DNA of 49,335 bases. Source: a virus. Shown here one piece after another: positions 24,411-34,962 of the stretch. Positions within the stretch are counted from its first letter, which is position 1. The number at the start of each line of letters is the position of its first letter. The notes beneath the pieces are model-generated. The model ran no database searches, was not told the origin of the DNA, and worked only from the letters and a program-made list of their open reading frames with translations. Both the position numbers and the translations under genes were made by a program. The stretch spans positions 1 to 49,335 of IMG/VR virus record IMGVR_UViG_3300045988_128238. One strand, 5' to 3'.

Positions 24411-26585
24411 CTAATTTAAGTGGTTGTACTTAAGATAAGTTCTTAAGATTACATCTGCTTGCATTGAACCTGTAATTTCTACTAGATGTTCACCACTTCT
24501 AAAGATTTTCTTTTGTTGTTCTTCAGTTAGTGCTGTAGCTCCTAACATAACATCATAACCGTGGTTAGGTTTATCATCTGGGAATACTGAGTATTTATCA
24601 ATCCATTTACCATCATATTGAGCTTTAAACATTGGTGTAAAGTCAATACCATCAATCTTAACCTTGATGTCTCCTGCAAACTTAGCTACATAGTTTCTAG
24701 TAAGAGAGCCATCAGTATTACCAATACTCTTACCACCTGCTACTTCAGGAGGATAGATAAGATGTCTACCACCACTGAGCATATCATCCATAGTTCTTTG
24801 TCTCTCAACTACAAACCTTTGTCCTGATACATTCTGCTCTAGTGTTGTTACTGTGTCACCATTAATAGCTTTGATAACACCTGTGTGACCATAAGGACTA
24901 TACTGATTAGTTTCAGTAAAGATAGCTCCTACCTTCATAGCTTCCCTAGATGTAGGTACTACTTTCCATCCTACTGCTCCCCAATCATAACCAACACCAA
25001 TGTTACTAGCTGATAGTGTATCACCTATGGCATGAGTAATACCAGTAATACCACCACCAAGACCTACACCGCCTAGTTTCATTGAGTACCAAGCTACAAG
25101 ACCGTAACACTCACCATTACCTAGTGTAGTACCTTTAAGTGAGTCTAGCTCACCAAGTACCTTCATGGTTTCTGTAGCTGTCTGTACCTCTCCTGTAGCT
25201 CCATTAGGTTCACCACTACTAGCAGTACCAACAATACCTCCAAAGTCAGACATTCCTGAACCTCTATTGTTGTTACCATCTGATTGTCCTCCACCACCTG
25301 ATGAGTGGAATACAGTACCCATAGTCATACTATCAGTAGGCTTAAATGAGATGTGAACATGGTCTCCGTGGTTCTGAGTCTTATTACCTCTGTCAGGCAT
25401 TAAGCTCCACACCCTAGCAGGTCCATAGATATTATTGACATTCATGAAGAACTTCTGACCCCATATTACATAGTCAATATTTAATTCATCCATGTTCTCA
25501 ATAACAAACCCTGCAATAGTATCTCCTAGCCTATAGTTATCATTAGTCATGAAGTCTACTGCTAGTGATTGGTCAGGTTGGTGACCAGGATAGGTAATGA
25601 ATTGTTCTTCAGGAGTATTAGTAGCAATAGCTATAGCTCTTTTAACCCTAGCTACATGTGGTTGCCAAGCTCCTGTAGCTCCATCCCAATGGCTTCTAAT
25701 AATGTCTCCAAAGGCATTACCATCAATCAAGTCATAGTATCCATTAGAACCATCTGAAGCATTTGTAGGTTGAAGTAACTGTGCATCAATCTTATCAAGT
25801 ATATTATCATTGTTTGAGTTAATACCTGACCTTACATCATTTGCTAAAGAGTAGTAAGAAGCGTACCCTGCGGCAGCATAGTCAAACAAAGCTCCACCAA
25901 CTTGAAATAGTCCTTTTATGAACTCATCAAATGTAGTTTTACCTTGGACATTATACATCTTTTGGTTGTTACCTGCAGTTTGTTCAGCTAGCAAATACAT
26001 GTAGTCAATAAGGAAGTCATCTACAGAAGCGAAGTGCATATATGTACCACCTTCATTAGATGGTCTAGCACTACCTGTAGTAACTACAACACCTGAAGGT
26101 CTAGTTCCTGCTGTACCAGTAATACCACCCCAGTTATTATCTGCTTTAGCTACTGCTGAGTTACCCCAGTTAGACTCAATATAAAGTTGAACAATGACAC
26201 CTGAAGGAAGTAGATTATACTTAGCACATCCATCAAGGATAGTTTGTACTAAGCTTGCAGGAAGTGTATTACCACCATAAGTAATATCACCACCAGTATA
26301 CTTCTTATCACCACCAAAGGCTGAGCCTTTAGTAGAACCACCTTCTTTAAGTCCTGTCTTTACTCCATATGGTCTAACAATGATTTTAAACCACCAATGA
26401 GCAAACTTGTCAAAGTCATAAGATATAGAAGTATAAAACTGAGCAGGAACATTACTTGTCATTACTGATTGATACTCAATACCATGCAAGTCAGTTACTG
26501 AGAACCTTCTTTGAAATCCTTGTCTCTTCCATCTCTCTGTAGATGAATTGACAGCATTTAAAAGCTTCTGTGCTTCTGTCTGCAT
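24411..26585 (-). CDS. Tail-associated lysin: GH73 glucosaminidase + His-x-His module + CHAP
   Basis: GH73: VQLYIESNWGNS...NNWGGI. Middle module: NHGDHVHISF. CHAP: GNGECYGLVAWY ... YGHTGVI. Confidence 0.75.
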   Translation of the reverse strand: MQTEAQKLLNAVNSSTERWKRQGFQRRFSVTDLHGIEYQSVMTSNVPAQFYTSISYDFDKFAHWWFKIIVRPYGVKTGLKEGGSTKGSAFGGDKKYTGGDITYGGNTLPASLVQTILDGCAKYNLLPSGVIVQLYIESNWGNSAVAKADNNWGGITGTAGTRPSGVVVTTGSARPSNEGGTYMHFASVDDFLIDYMYLLAEQTAGNNQKMYNVQGKTTFDEFIKGLFQVGGALFDYAAAGYASYYSLANDVRSGINSNNDNILDKIDAQLLQPTNASDGSNGYYDLIDGNAFGDIIRSHWDGATGAWQPHVARVKRAIAIATNTPEEQFITYPGHQPDQSLAVDFMTNDNYRLGDTIAGFVIENMDELNIDYVIWGQKFFMNVNNIYGPARVWSLMPDRGNKTQNHGDHVHISFKPTDSMTMGTVFHSSGGGGQSDGNNNRGSGMSDFGGIVGTASSGEPNGATGEVQTATETMKVLGELDSLKGTTLGNGECYGLVAWYSMKLGGVGLGGGITGITHAIGDTLSASNIGVGYDWGAVGWKVVPTSREAMKVGAIFTETNQYSPYGHTGVIKAINGDTVTTLEQNVSGQRFVVERQRTMDDMLSGGRHLIYPPEVAGGKSIGNTDGSLTRNYVAKFAGDIKVKIDGIDFTPMFKAQYDGKWIDKYSVFPDDKPNHGYDVMLGATALTEEQQKKIFRSGEHLVEITGSMQADVILRTYLKYNHLN

Positions 26586-28271
26586 TTATACCTCCTTGTC
26601 ATTGTATAGATACTTCTCTACTGTCAGTTTAAAGCTTGTGAATCCATCATAAGTAGTTGTAACTAGGATTTCTGAGATATAAAAGTAGTCATCCATAGTC
26701 ATTACCTTCTTAAAGTATTTAGAGCATTTCTCTGACTTAAGAAGTCTATCTACAAATGTTAGTCTTACTTTATCACCTACATTGTAGTTGTTAGGTAAGT
26801 CTTTAATATCAAACGTATATCCTACTTTTCTTCTACTGTGGATAAGCTTTCTTACTGCTTGTGTATAGAGTTGTCTACTAGCTACAAGACGGTCTTCATC
26901 AGATAGTTCCTTATTGTTGTTAGCTACAGGTTGGACATCATTTGATGTGAATGATTGTTCATATACTCTACCTGCTTCAAGAGCTAAACCTTCCTTATCC
27001 AATACAGCATAGTCACCATTGTTGTTAGCTCCAAAAGGAATTAAGTCAATGTAGTCATAACTACGCTCAGTATTTACTTCCTCACCAGTAAGGATAACAG
27101 GAAAGTCAGGATTCTGTAGATAAGGTCTATTATAGACATCTCTAAGAGTAAGAGTAGTAGTACCTGAGTCTGACTTATCTGTAAGATAGATACCATAGTT
27201 AGTAATGGTAGTAAAGTCTCTTTGAGTTACTAAATCATTACCTAACAAGTTGGTTTCATTGACCATTAACTCTTTATACTGACCAAACTTACCAATTTCA
27301 ATTGTTCTTTCTTCAGTAAGTGATACTCTCCAAAAGACATCCTCAGTCTGTTTACAAACATCTGTAAGAGCTTGTAGCTTATCTTGGTTAGAGAATAGGT
27401 AAGTAATAACAATATCATCTGTACCTTCTTCAGTGAACTTATAAGTCCAATTCTCATCATTGAACATACCACTGAGTTTAGACAATTCAACATAGTTTAC
27501 TGAGATACCATCATCTTTAGTTGTGTTATCTCCTTTATCTACATCCTTGTCTTCTTTTGGTTTTTCAGTAGTTACTTCAGTCTTACCTTTGTTGTAACCA
27601 TCCTTTGTAGTTACTGTAGTAGTAACTGTACCATCAGGTCTAGTTGTTACTGTAGTTTGAGTATAAGCTCCTTTACCAGTAACTACTTTAGTAATATGAC
27701 TGACTACTTCCCTAGTAGTACCATCTGACATCTCATAAGTAGTAGTCTTAGTTTTACTACCATCTTCATTATAGACTGTGTTAATAGTCTTATTACCAGT
27801 CTTAGTTACTTTCTTTTCTTCAGGCTCACCATCTTTTTTGTCTTCTTCTCTAGGTTTTTGGTTTGAGATAATCTCTCCACCTTCACCCATTGAAGCAGGT
27901 CTAATATACTCATCATAAGTATATATCTCACCTAGTGTAAGTTCTTTGATGGCATAGTTTGTAGGTACTCTTCTGTGTTGTAGTTCAGTAGCTACATGGA
28001 CTGCTTGAATAGTAGTAACTCCTGTGACATGGTCTGAATCAATTCTTTCAGTAATACCATGAAAGATATGTCCATTATCAAAGGTTAGAACAAACTCAAA
28101 CTGAGCATCAGGAATAGGACTACCCATTAACACTTCAGTAGGAAGTTGGAAACTAATACTAGGTGTATCCATAATCTTATGACTTACACTAATATTATTA
28201 CCTAAGAAGACATCATTAGTAATGTAGTGTCTAGTGTCCTTAGTTGGTTTCCAATACAGAGTCAGGGACAT
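26586..28271 (-). CDS. Tail-associated (Tal-like) baseplate protein with Thr-rich insert (561 aa)
   Basis: Position in the tail module. GGAGGT SD. Low-complexity TTVTTRPDGTVTTTVTTKDG segment. Confidence 0.5.
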   Translation of the reverse strand: MSLTLYWKPTKDTRHYITNDVFLGNNISVSHKIMDTPSISFQLPTEVLMGSPIPDAQFEFVLTFDNGHIFHGITERIDSDHVTGVTTIQAVHVATELQHRRVPTNYAIKELTLGEIYTYDEYIRPASMGEGGEIISNQKPREEDKKDGEPEEKKVTKTGNKTINTVYNEDGSKTKTTTYEMSDGTTREVVSHITKVVTGKGAYTQTTVTTRPDGTVTTTVTTKDGYNKGKTEVTTEKPKEDKDVDKGDNTTKDDGISVNYVELSKLSGMFNDENWTYKFTEEGTDDIVITYLFSNQDKLQALTDVCKQTEDVFWRVSLTEERTIEIGKFGQYKELMVNETNLLGNDLVTQRDFTTITNYGIYLTDKSDSGTTTLTLRDVYNRPYLQNPDFPVILTGEEVNTERSYDYIDLIPFGANNNGDYAVLDKEGLALEAGRVYEQSFTSNDVQPVANNNKELSDEDRLVASRQLYTQAVRKLIHSRRKVGYTFDIKDLPNNYNVGDKVRLTFVDRLLKSEKCSKYFKKVMTMDDYFYISEILVTTTYDGFTSFKLTVEKYLYNDKEV

Positions 28272-28824
28272 TACCGAATACCTCCACAGCTCTAGCCATT
28301 ACAGCTTCTTCAGACATGTCCTCATGTTTAGATTCTACATTAGACATGATTTCATTCATCTCTTCTTGTGAACGGATAGAGTCAGCAAAGCAAGCACTAC
28401 ATGGTTGTGGATAGAATCCTAAGAATCCTGCTACAACTACATTGAATAACTCTACAGAAGAGTGATAGATTTCTTCTACTTCAGCATTATTCATATCTAC
28501 TTGCCAAGCTTCAAAAGCAGTAATCATTTGTACTGAAGCATGTTTTAGAGAACACCACAAGTCAGGGTTAGCATCATCTGTAGAAAGGCTCTGTAAGGCT
28601 CTCATAACGCTTCTACGCTGTTCTGTAGTTCTCTCTAGTGTTTCCTTCGCAAACTGCAGTTTCTTTGTTAGAGAGCTTCTCACAGCTTCATCTGATGTTC
28701 CTTTAACATAAAGCAAAGAATAATACTTTTCTACTGTAAGTCTGAAGTGATATTCAAGAGCTACAGTGTTGATTAAGTTGGTAAGTAGTTCTTCTGTTAG
28801 TCCTACTGATGATTGTTTGTTCAT
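28240..28824 (-). CDS. Hypothetical helical protein (194 aa)
   Basis: ORF between the Dit-like and Tal-like genes. Confidence 0.5.
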   Translation of the reverse strand: MNKQSSVGLTEELLTNLINTVALEYHFRLTVEKYYSLLYVKGTSDEAVRSSLTKKLQFAKETLERTTEQRRSVMRALQSLSTDDANPDLWCSLKHASVQMITAFEAWQVDMNNAEVEEIYHSSVELFNVVVAGFLGFYPQPCSACFADSIRSQEEMNEIMSNVESKHEDMSEEAVMARAVEVFGNVPDSVLETN

Positions 28825-29960
28825 TAGATTGTCAACCTTTCATAGTCAATAAATACACAGAATGATTCTGAGGTAACACCATCAACTGAGATAATATTAT
28901 ATCCTCTCTTGATATGCCACCATACATTATCACACAGTGTTAAGTTCTCATTACTTACAACTTCAGCTTCTCCACATAAAGCATCTGTAGGACAGCTAAA
29001 TGACTGAACTAAACCAGTGCTTGAAATTGATAGATAACCTTGGTCATAAGTACCTTTAAGTTTAACCATAGTATCATTAATCATGATTCTAGGGTCTTTG
29101 AATTTACCTTGAAGAGTAATAGTTACATCTCTAGACTCAACTACAGTGTCTGAATAGAACTTAGTAGACCAAGCCCCATCAACACAAGCATCACAATGAG
29201 ATTCCCCCCAAAGTCTTTCATTACCAAACCTTTCTCTACCAAGTTCACAGTTATGGATAATACGGTAGTCACTGTTACACTTTTGATAAAAGCTTAACCA
29301 CATGTCACCTTGTACTTCACAAAGTGATACTGCTTTAGACAGCTCACAGCAATCTTTAGCACAGTCTTCACAAGTACCATTAAGAGTTCTTGAAGTCTGA
29401 CAGAAAGCTTGACATGTAGAGTTTTGGAAGCAACTAGCAATCATATTAACAAAGTTACAGTCAGCATAAGGGAGAAGGAAAGTAGTATATCCATCTGCCT
29501 TGTGCCATACTGCATCAGGGTTAGTAAATGATACTTGGAAGCTAAGATATCCATTGTCTCTAAAAGTCCATTCATAAGTAGGAGTATAAGAGTCTAGAAT
29601 GGCATTACACCATATTAACTGTCCACCAGTATCAATAGCCCAAAGCTTACCTACTGTAAGTAAGTTATCTTTGATAAAGTCTTGGTGTGCTTGGATGTTT
29701 ACCATGTCCCAATCTGTAGTTCTAATAGATAAGTCTAAGGTAATCTTATCATCTTTAAGGAGAACTTGGTCTCCTGTAATTTTCCAATAACTACCATTTC
29801 TGAACATATACTCTGTAGTTTCATACTTGGTAGTTATAGTTTCTGAAGGACTAGAATTAATAGCTTCAGTACCACTAAACACTAAGTCATTGTATTGAAT
29901 AAACCTTCTTGGTCTAGCTACAAAGTCTGAAGTTGACCTAGCACCTAAACATGTTGTCAT
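28824..29960 (-). CDS. Distal tail protein (Dit-like), Cys-rich (378 aa)
   Basis: Immediately follows the tape measure gene. 19 Cys by manual count. Confidence 0.5.
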   Translation of the reverse strand: MTTCLGARSTSDFVARPRRFIQYNDLVFSGTEAINSSPSETITTKYETTEYMFRNGSYWKITGDQVLLKDDKITLDLSIRTTDWDMVNIQAHQDFIKDNLLTVGKLWAIDTGGQLIWCNAILDSYTPTYEWTFRDNGYLSFQVSFTNPDAVWHKADGYTTFLLPYADCNFVNMIASCFQNSTCQAFCQTSRTLNGTCEDCAKDCCELSKAVSLCEVQGDMWLSFYQKCNSDYRIIHNCELGRERFGNERLWGESHCDACVDGAWSTKFYSDTVVESRDVTITLQGKFKDPRIMINDTMVKLKGTYDQGYLSISSTGLVQSFSCPTDALCGEAEVVSNENLTLCDNVWWHIKRGYNIISVDGVTSESFCVFIDYERLTI

Positions 29961-32900
29961 GGTCTAACTACCCCCCTAATTTCATTCAATCCATTGACGA
30001 ATGAAGCTTTATTGTCTACGTTTTGAGTAATGTTGTTTGTAGTGTTATTAACTACAGAGTGGCCTGTGTGGCCTGCAAGAGCTTTGAGAGCTTGTGTAAG
30101 ATTCATTTGATTTAAGTTATCAAGGAATTGCTTACCGAGTACAGATGATACAGAACGTTTAAGAACATATTCACCTGCTGTCAGCATTGCAGGAATAGTA
30201 TCAGTACCTAGTGAAGCAAAGCTTCTTCTACCTACTACACCACCTGTAGAATGGTATTCAATCAATCCTCCATGCTCTGCATGTTTTGTTTTCTTAACTG
30301 TAGTTTCATTGATAGTAATATCAACTGACTTACCTCTAAGAGAATCGATAGCTGTTTGGATTCTATTGATTTTATCAATAACACCACTTACATCAAAACC
30401 ATTAGCAATCTTGTTAGAGATTGAAGCACCTAAAGCTTCCCAACCAAGATTCTCAATCTGATTCTTTTGCTCATTCATCTTATCAACAATTCTACTACCT
30501 AGTCCTGATACAAAACCATTAGAGAAGTTAGTACCTGATTGTTGTCCTAGTGATGAAGCCATTGAAGCAAACTGAGCCAAAGCATTTTGTAGCTGATTGA
30601 TAGTGTTTAAAATGTTTGTTAAGTTACCGACAATAGCATCATTATCATTGATACCTGATAGGCTTTCAATAGCTGTCTTAATAGCATTAATACTATTGTT
30701 GAAGTTATCTGCATTTACTTCAGGGAATTGATTAATAGCGTTAGCAATAATCAAGATATTATTGACTGCTTGTACTGCAGACATAATATTAGATGATAGC
30801 TTCTGAATGTTTTGCAAGCTTGTAGTTAAGCCTGAATCATCTGAAGAAGCAAGAGACTGAAGTACAGATTTAATCTTAGCAACTCTTGTTTCAATTCCTG
30901 AACCTTCTACATTGATTAGGTCTGGAATTGTCATGAGTGTTTCTGCCATTGTCTTAAAGCTATTAACTACAGAGGTTACTTGACCTACAGCTTCAGACAC
31001 TTTAGCAAGCTTACCAATGTCTTGAATAAAGCTTCCTGTGTCACTATCAGTTAATGACTTAAGAACAGATTGAATCTTAGCTACACGGGTCTCAATACCA
31101 CTACCTTCAATGTTAATCAAATCAGGAATCTGAGATAGAGAGTCAGCAATAGTCTTAAGTGAATTAATCATATTACTTGCTTCTTCTGCTAGTTTACCAT
31201 AATCTGATTTACCTTTAAAGGCATCAAACATAGACATTAAACTACCACCATTTTCACCTGCTTGTGTGATAGATTGTAGTGCTTGTCTTAACTGTTCAAT
31301 CTTAGCAGGAATACCACTAAGGTCTTCTATTGAGTTAATCTCATTAAGTGATGAAGCAATACTACTAAGCTTACTTGTAAACTCAGTTACACTCTTAATA
31401 TTTGATGTAACATCTTTATTGAAAGGTGTATCTTTACCAAAGATATCAAGTGTAGCTAGTTCACTAATCTTAGATAGAGCATTTTTAACTGATTCAATCT
31501 TAGATGAAATGTCCAATCCATCAGGGATGTTGTTAAGACTATCAGTAATACCTTTAATCTTATCTGTAAGTTTCTTGAAGTTCTCATAACCTTTAAGTAC
31601 ATCATCCTTAATAGTAGGAGGTGCATCTACTTCAAATTTACTTACTGTCTTTAATGTCTTCTTAAGGTTCTCTAGCTTAGTTTCTATAGCTTCAAGACCT
31701 GCATCATCTAACTTAAGGTCACTAATCTTCTTAACAAAGTCAATTAGTTTAGTGAATGACTTAAATTTAGCATCTAGTGAAGCACCATCAAGTTTAGAGG
31801 TAAGAGCTTCTAGTCCTTTACTGATGAAGTTAATAGAATCAAGCCATGAATCATTCCCTAGCTTCTTAAGACTCTTCATTACATTAGTTAGGTTACTAAT
31901 CTTTTCATCAATAGCAGATGTGTCAGAAGGTACTTCTACCTCATTAATATCCTCAATAAACTGAGTAAGTTTCTTAACTGTACTGATAAGGTTACTTGTA
32001 GCTAAACTATCAAAGAATGTACCTACAGCATTGATAGCATTAAGGATAGGATAAGAAACAGAAACTGTACCTAAAGAGAAAGTAGAAAATGCTTGATTAA
32101 GTTGTTGATGAATAAGACCAATCTTTTGCACCTTTTCAGTCAAAGAACTTATATCATCAGGAAGTTCCAAGTCATTAATGTCCTTAACAAACTTAGATAC
32201 CTTATTGAATACCTTGATGTTATTACCTGTCTCGAAACCATCAAAGAATGAAGCAATGGCATTTAGTCCATGAATAAATGGATTAGAGATACCACCACTA
32301 TCACCAAACTGAATATCAGCAAAAGCACTGTTAAGTGTTTTTTGGATGTTAGCAATATTCTTAAGCTTAGTCTTCAGAGCTGATAAGTCTTCAGGCATAT
32401 TAAGCTGACTAAGTGTAGCTATTAAGTTGGCTACCTTAGAAACATTGTCTGTTATAGAGTTTACTTCAAAACCTTTAACAATATTACTGAAGGTATTACC
32501 AATAGATTTAATAGCATCTACAGGATTCTTAATACCTCCACCACTAACTGAACTAAGCTCATTAATAAGCTCAGTCATGTTCTTAAGCTTCTTAATAGTA
32601 TCCTTAAACTTAGACTTGTCAGGTACATTCTTCATGCTTCCTTGTAGCTTTTTAAGTTGATTTGCTAAAAGGATGATACTTTCAACTTGAATAGCTTGTG
32701 CTAGATTACTAATAGTACCAAAGATAGATGGTAATAAAGCAAGAGTTGATATATTACCACTAATAGCACTTGCTGTACTCATTTCAGTAACAAGAGCTGT
32801 GAAGTTAACCATCTTCTTACCGAAAGTACCTGCATTAGGTAATTTAACTTTATTGATTCTAGCTACAGTCTTAGCTACAGATTCCATAGCTTTAGCTACA

Positions 32901-34948
32901 ACAACCATAGTACCTGCTGTAGCAATAAGAGACAGTAACCCTGCTCCTAAAGCTAAAGCACCAAGACCTTCTGTAGCTACCATAATAGCACCTATACCAG
33001 TAGCAATAGCACCAATCAAAGTAACAAGTCCTGTCATTGCTAACATTGTTCCTGATACTTTAACTGCATCAAACTTAATATCATTAAGCTTTTCCATTGT
33101 CTTAGCCATTAAAAGCATACCTGTTACTACACCTGCCATAGCAGTAGCACCAACAGCAAGGTCTTTACCTAGTTTAAACTTATCAATAGCTTTACCTAGA
33201 AGGACAGCATAACCACCCATAGCAGTTACCATAGTAACCATAGTACCTACTTTGACTGTAGCTTCAGTAAAGTCCATGTCAGTATTACTAATATCTTTGA
33301 AAGCACTAGCGATAAGTTTAATAGAACCTGCAAAGGCTAACATCTTAGCTGAGTCACCTAGAGACTTAGTAAGACCTCCCAGAAGGTTACCAGAGCCACC
33401 AGAAGCCCCTCCTGAGCCACTGTTACTTCCTCCCCTACTGAAAGGGTTCTTAAAGTTCTTTAACAGCCCTAGAGTGCTTGATAATGCCCTTACAGAACGA
33501 GCCATCTTAGATACTACTAACCAACCTGCAGAAGCAGTAATAATACCACCAAGAATCTTACCAGTATTCTTACCATGATTATTAATCTTAGCAAAGCCTT
33601 TAGCTAGTAATTCAATTCCCTTACCAATAGGAGCTAGGTAAGTTACAAAGTCCTTAAGACCTTGTTTAAAGTCAAACTCTCCAAACATGTCTTTAAAGAG
33701 TGACATTGCTTTACCAACACCTTTACTTACAAAGCTTTGAATAACATCACCATTCTGTGATACTGTATTCATCAACTTAACAAGTCCATCAATGGCAGGT
33801 GTTAATGCTCCAGGTTCAAAAGGAGTACCTACAAGACCTACAGTAAGGGATTCTCTCATGTTCTCCCAAGCTGATTTAAGGGTCTTGGTGTTTGTTGCAG
33901 CCTTTAACAAGGCAGGGTCTTGACCTACTTCATTCAATACTTTGATGAAGTCTCTACCTAGTACCTTACCTTCTTTCATGGCATCAGCTAGGTTATCAAA
34001 ACCATACTCATCTTTAAACTTCTGAACAACTTTCTGTGTAGCTGTACCACCGATAGCATCCCTAATTGGATTCCAGTCTCTCGCTAAGACTTTACCATCT
34101 AAGGACATCTGTTTAATCTGTGTAGATACACGTTTAAGGGCATTAGAAGGGCTACTAGCAAGGGCTGAGATATTGGCAAGGTTTTTGGTTAGGTTATCAA
34201 AACCACCAAACTCTTGGTCAAATCCTGCCCCTTTTAAAGCACCTGCCAAGTTAGTAAGTTCAGCTACATTGTACTTAGTTTGAGCACCGTATTTAGATAA
34301 GTTTTTAAGTGTTGAGTTGATTTCTTTGTCACTAAGAGGGTTGTCTAGTGACCTCATGTTGTTTACAAATTCATTCTGAGCATCATAAAGCTCACCTGCA
34401 TCTTTAGCAAAGCTCTTACCAATGTTTAAAGCACCTCTAGCTGATAGAGCTAGTACCTTTTTTGAAATACTATCTAAGGCATTAGAGATAGCTGTAAGAC
34501 CTGATGTATCACCTTGAATCCTAACAGTTCTATTCTTATTGACCTTTTCATCAATAGCATCTAAGTCTGATTTAGCTTTATTTAGATGTGATAAGTCAGC
34601 ATTTACTTTAAAGGTTTTACCCTTAAGACTATTTAAGTCTGATGATACTTTAGTGATGCTTCTAGTGTCTGCATCTACCTTAACACTTACTGTCTTATTC
34701 TTAAGACTGAGCAAGTCCTTCTGTACCTTAAGTACCTTATTACCATTACTGTCAACATCAACCCTAACTCTTTTATTTTTAAGTTTGTTCACAGTATTGA
34801 ATAAGGCAGTAACATCTTTACTGTTTGTTACTGCCTTAACATTTATAGTAGTAGTACCTTTAGAATACTTATCTAACTTGCTCAGAAGGTCAGTAAGGCT
34901 CTTATCTACCTGTGAGGTAACTTGTACCCTTAATTGCCTTTGAGCCAT
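29957..34948 (-). CDS. Tape measure protein (1663 aa)
   Basis: Size, central TM/Gly-rich segment, many degenerate helical repeats (..L.D(I/L)..P.D.S.L..K...I), position. Confidence 0.85.
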   Translation of the reverse strand: MAQRQLRVQVTSQVDKSLTDLLSKLDKYSKGTTTINVKAVTNSKDVTALFNTVNKLKNKRVRVDVDSNGNKVLKVQKDLLSLKNKTVSVKVDADTRSITKVSSDLNSLKGKTFKVNADLSHLNKAKSDLDAIDEKVNKNRTVRIQGDTSGLTAISNALDSISKKVLALSARGALNIGKSFAKDAGELYDAQNEFVNNMRSLDNPLSDKEINSTLKNLSKYGAQTKYNVAELTNLAGALKGAGFDQEFGGFDNLTKNLANISALASSPSNALKRVSTQIKQMSLDGKVLARDWNPIRDAIGGTATQKVVQKFKDEYGFDNLADAMKEGKVLGRDFIKVLNEVGQDPALLKAATNTKTLKSAWENMRESLTVGLVGTPFEPGALTPAIDGLVKLMNTVSQNGDVIQSFVSKGVGKAMSLFKDMFGEFDFKQGLKDFVTYLAPIGKGIELLAKGFAKINNHGKNTGKILGGIITASAGWLVVSKMARSVRALSSTLGLLKNFKNPFSRGGSNSGSGGASGGSGNLLGGLTKSLGDSAKMLAFAGSIKLIASAFKDISNTDMDFTEATVKVGTMVTMVTAMGGYAVLLGKAIDKFKLGKDLAVGATAMAGVVTGMLLMAKTMEKLNDIKFDAVKVSGTMLAMTGLVTLIGAIATGIGAIMVATEGLGALALGAGLLSLIATAGTMVVVAKAMESVAKTVARINKVKLPNAGTFGKKMVNFTALVTEMSTASAISGNISTLALLPSIFGTISNLAQAIQVESIILLANQLKKLQGSMKNVPDKSKFKDTIKKLKNMTELINELSSVSGGGIKNPVDAIKSIGNTFSNIVKGFEVNSITDNVSKVANLIATLSQLNMPEDLSALKTKLKNIANIQKTLNSAFADIQFGDSGGISNPFIHGLNAIASFFDGFETGNNIKVFNKVSKFVKDINDLELPDDISSLTEKVQKIGLIHQQLNQAFSTFSLGTVSVSYPILNAINAVGTFFDSLATSNLISTVKKLTQFIEDINEVEVPSDTSAIDEKISNLTNVMKSLKKLGNDSWLDSINFISKGLEALTSKLDGASLDAKFKSFTKLIDFVKKISDLKLDDAGLEAIETKLENLKKTLKTVSKFEVDAPPTIKDDVLKGYENFKKLTDKIKGITDSLNNIPDGLDISSKIESVKNALSKISELATLDIFGKDTPFNKDVTSNIKSVTEFTSKLSSIASSLNEINSIEDLSGIPAKIEQLRQALQSITQAGENGGSLMSMFDAFKGKSDYGKLAEEASNMINSLKTIADSLSQIPDLINIEGSGIETRVAKIQSVLKSLTDSDTGSFIQDIGKLAKVSEAVGQVTSVVNSFKTMAETLMTIPDLINVEGSGIETRVAKIKSVLQSLASSDDSGLTTSLQNIQKLSSNIMSAVQAVNNILIIANAINQFPEVNADNFNNSINAIKTAIESLSGINDNDAIVGNLTNILNTINQLQNALAQFASMASSLGQQSGTNFSNGFVSGLGSRIVDKMNEQKNQIENLGWEALGASISNKIANGFDVSGVIDKINRIQTAIDSLRGKSVDITINETTVKKTKHAEHGGLIEYHSTGGVVGRRSFASLGTDTIPAMLTAGEYVLKRSVSSVLGKQFLDNLNQMNLTQALKALAGHTGHSVVNNTTNNITQNVDNKASFVNGLNEIRGVVRP
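30851..31129 (-). repeat. Near-identical 26-aa repeat inside the tape measure (IPDLIN(I/V)EGSGIETRVAKI(Q/K)SVL(K/Q)SL), period 201 nt
   Basis: Copies at 30851-30928 and 31052-31129, read from the sequence and its translation. Confidence 0.75.
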
Positions 34949-34962
34949 ACTCTACCTCTTTC

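Noticed and set aside
31266-34943. Plus-strand track ORFs antisense to the tape measure, and similar shadow ORFs inside the polA fusion, fibres, portal, terL and others (e.g. 9715-9981, 10019-10267, 12158-12481, 19318-19653, 20058-20315, 40346-40645, 43199-43770)
   Set aside because: All are nested antisense or out of frame within longer ORFs that have motif or positional support. They have no SDs, and their Ser/Leu-rich low-complexity translations are typical of shadow frames.
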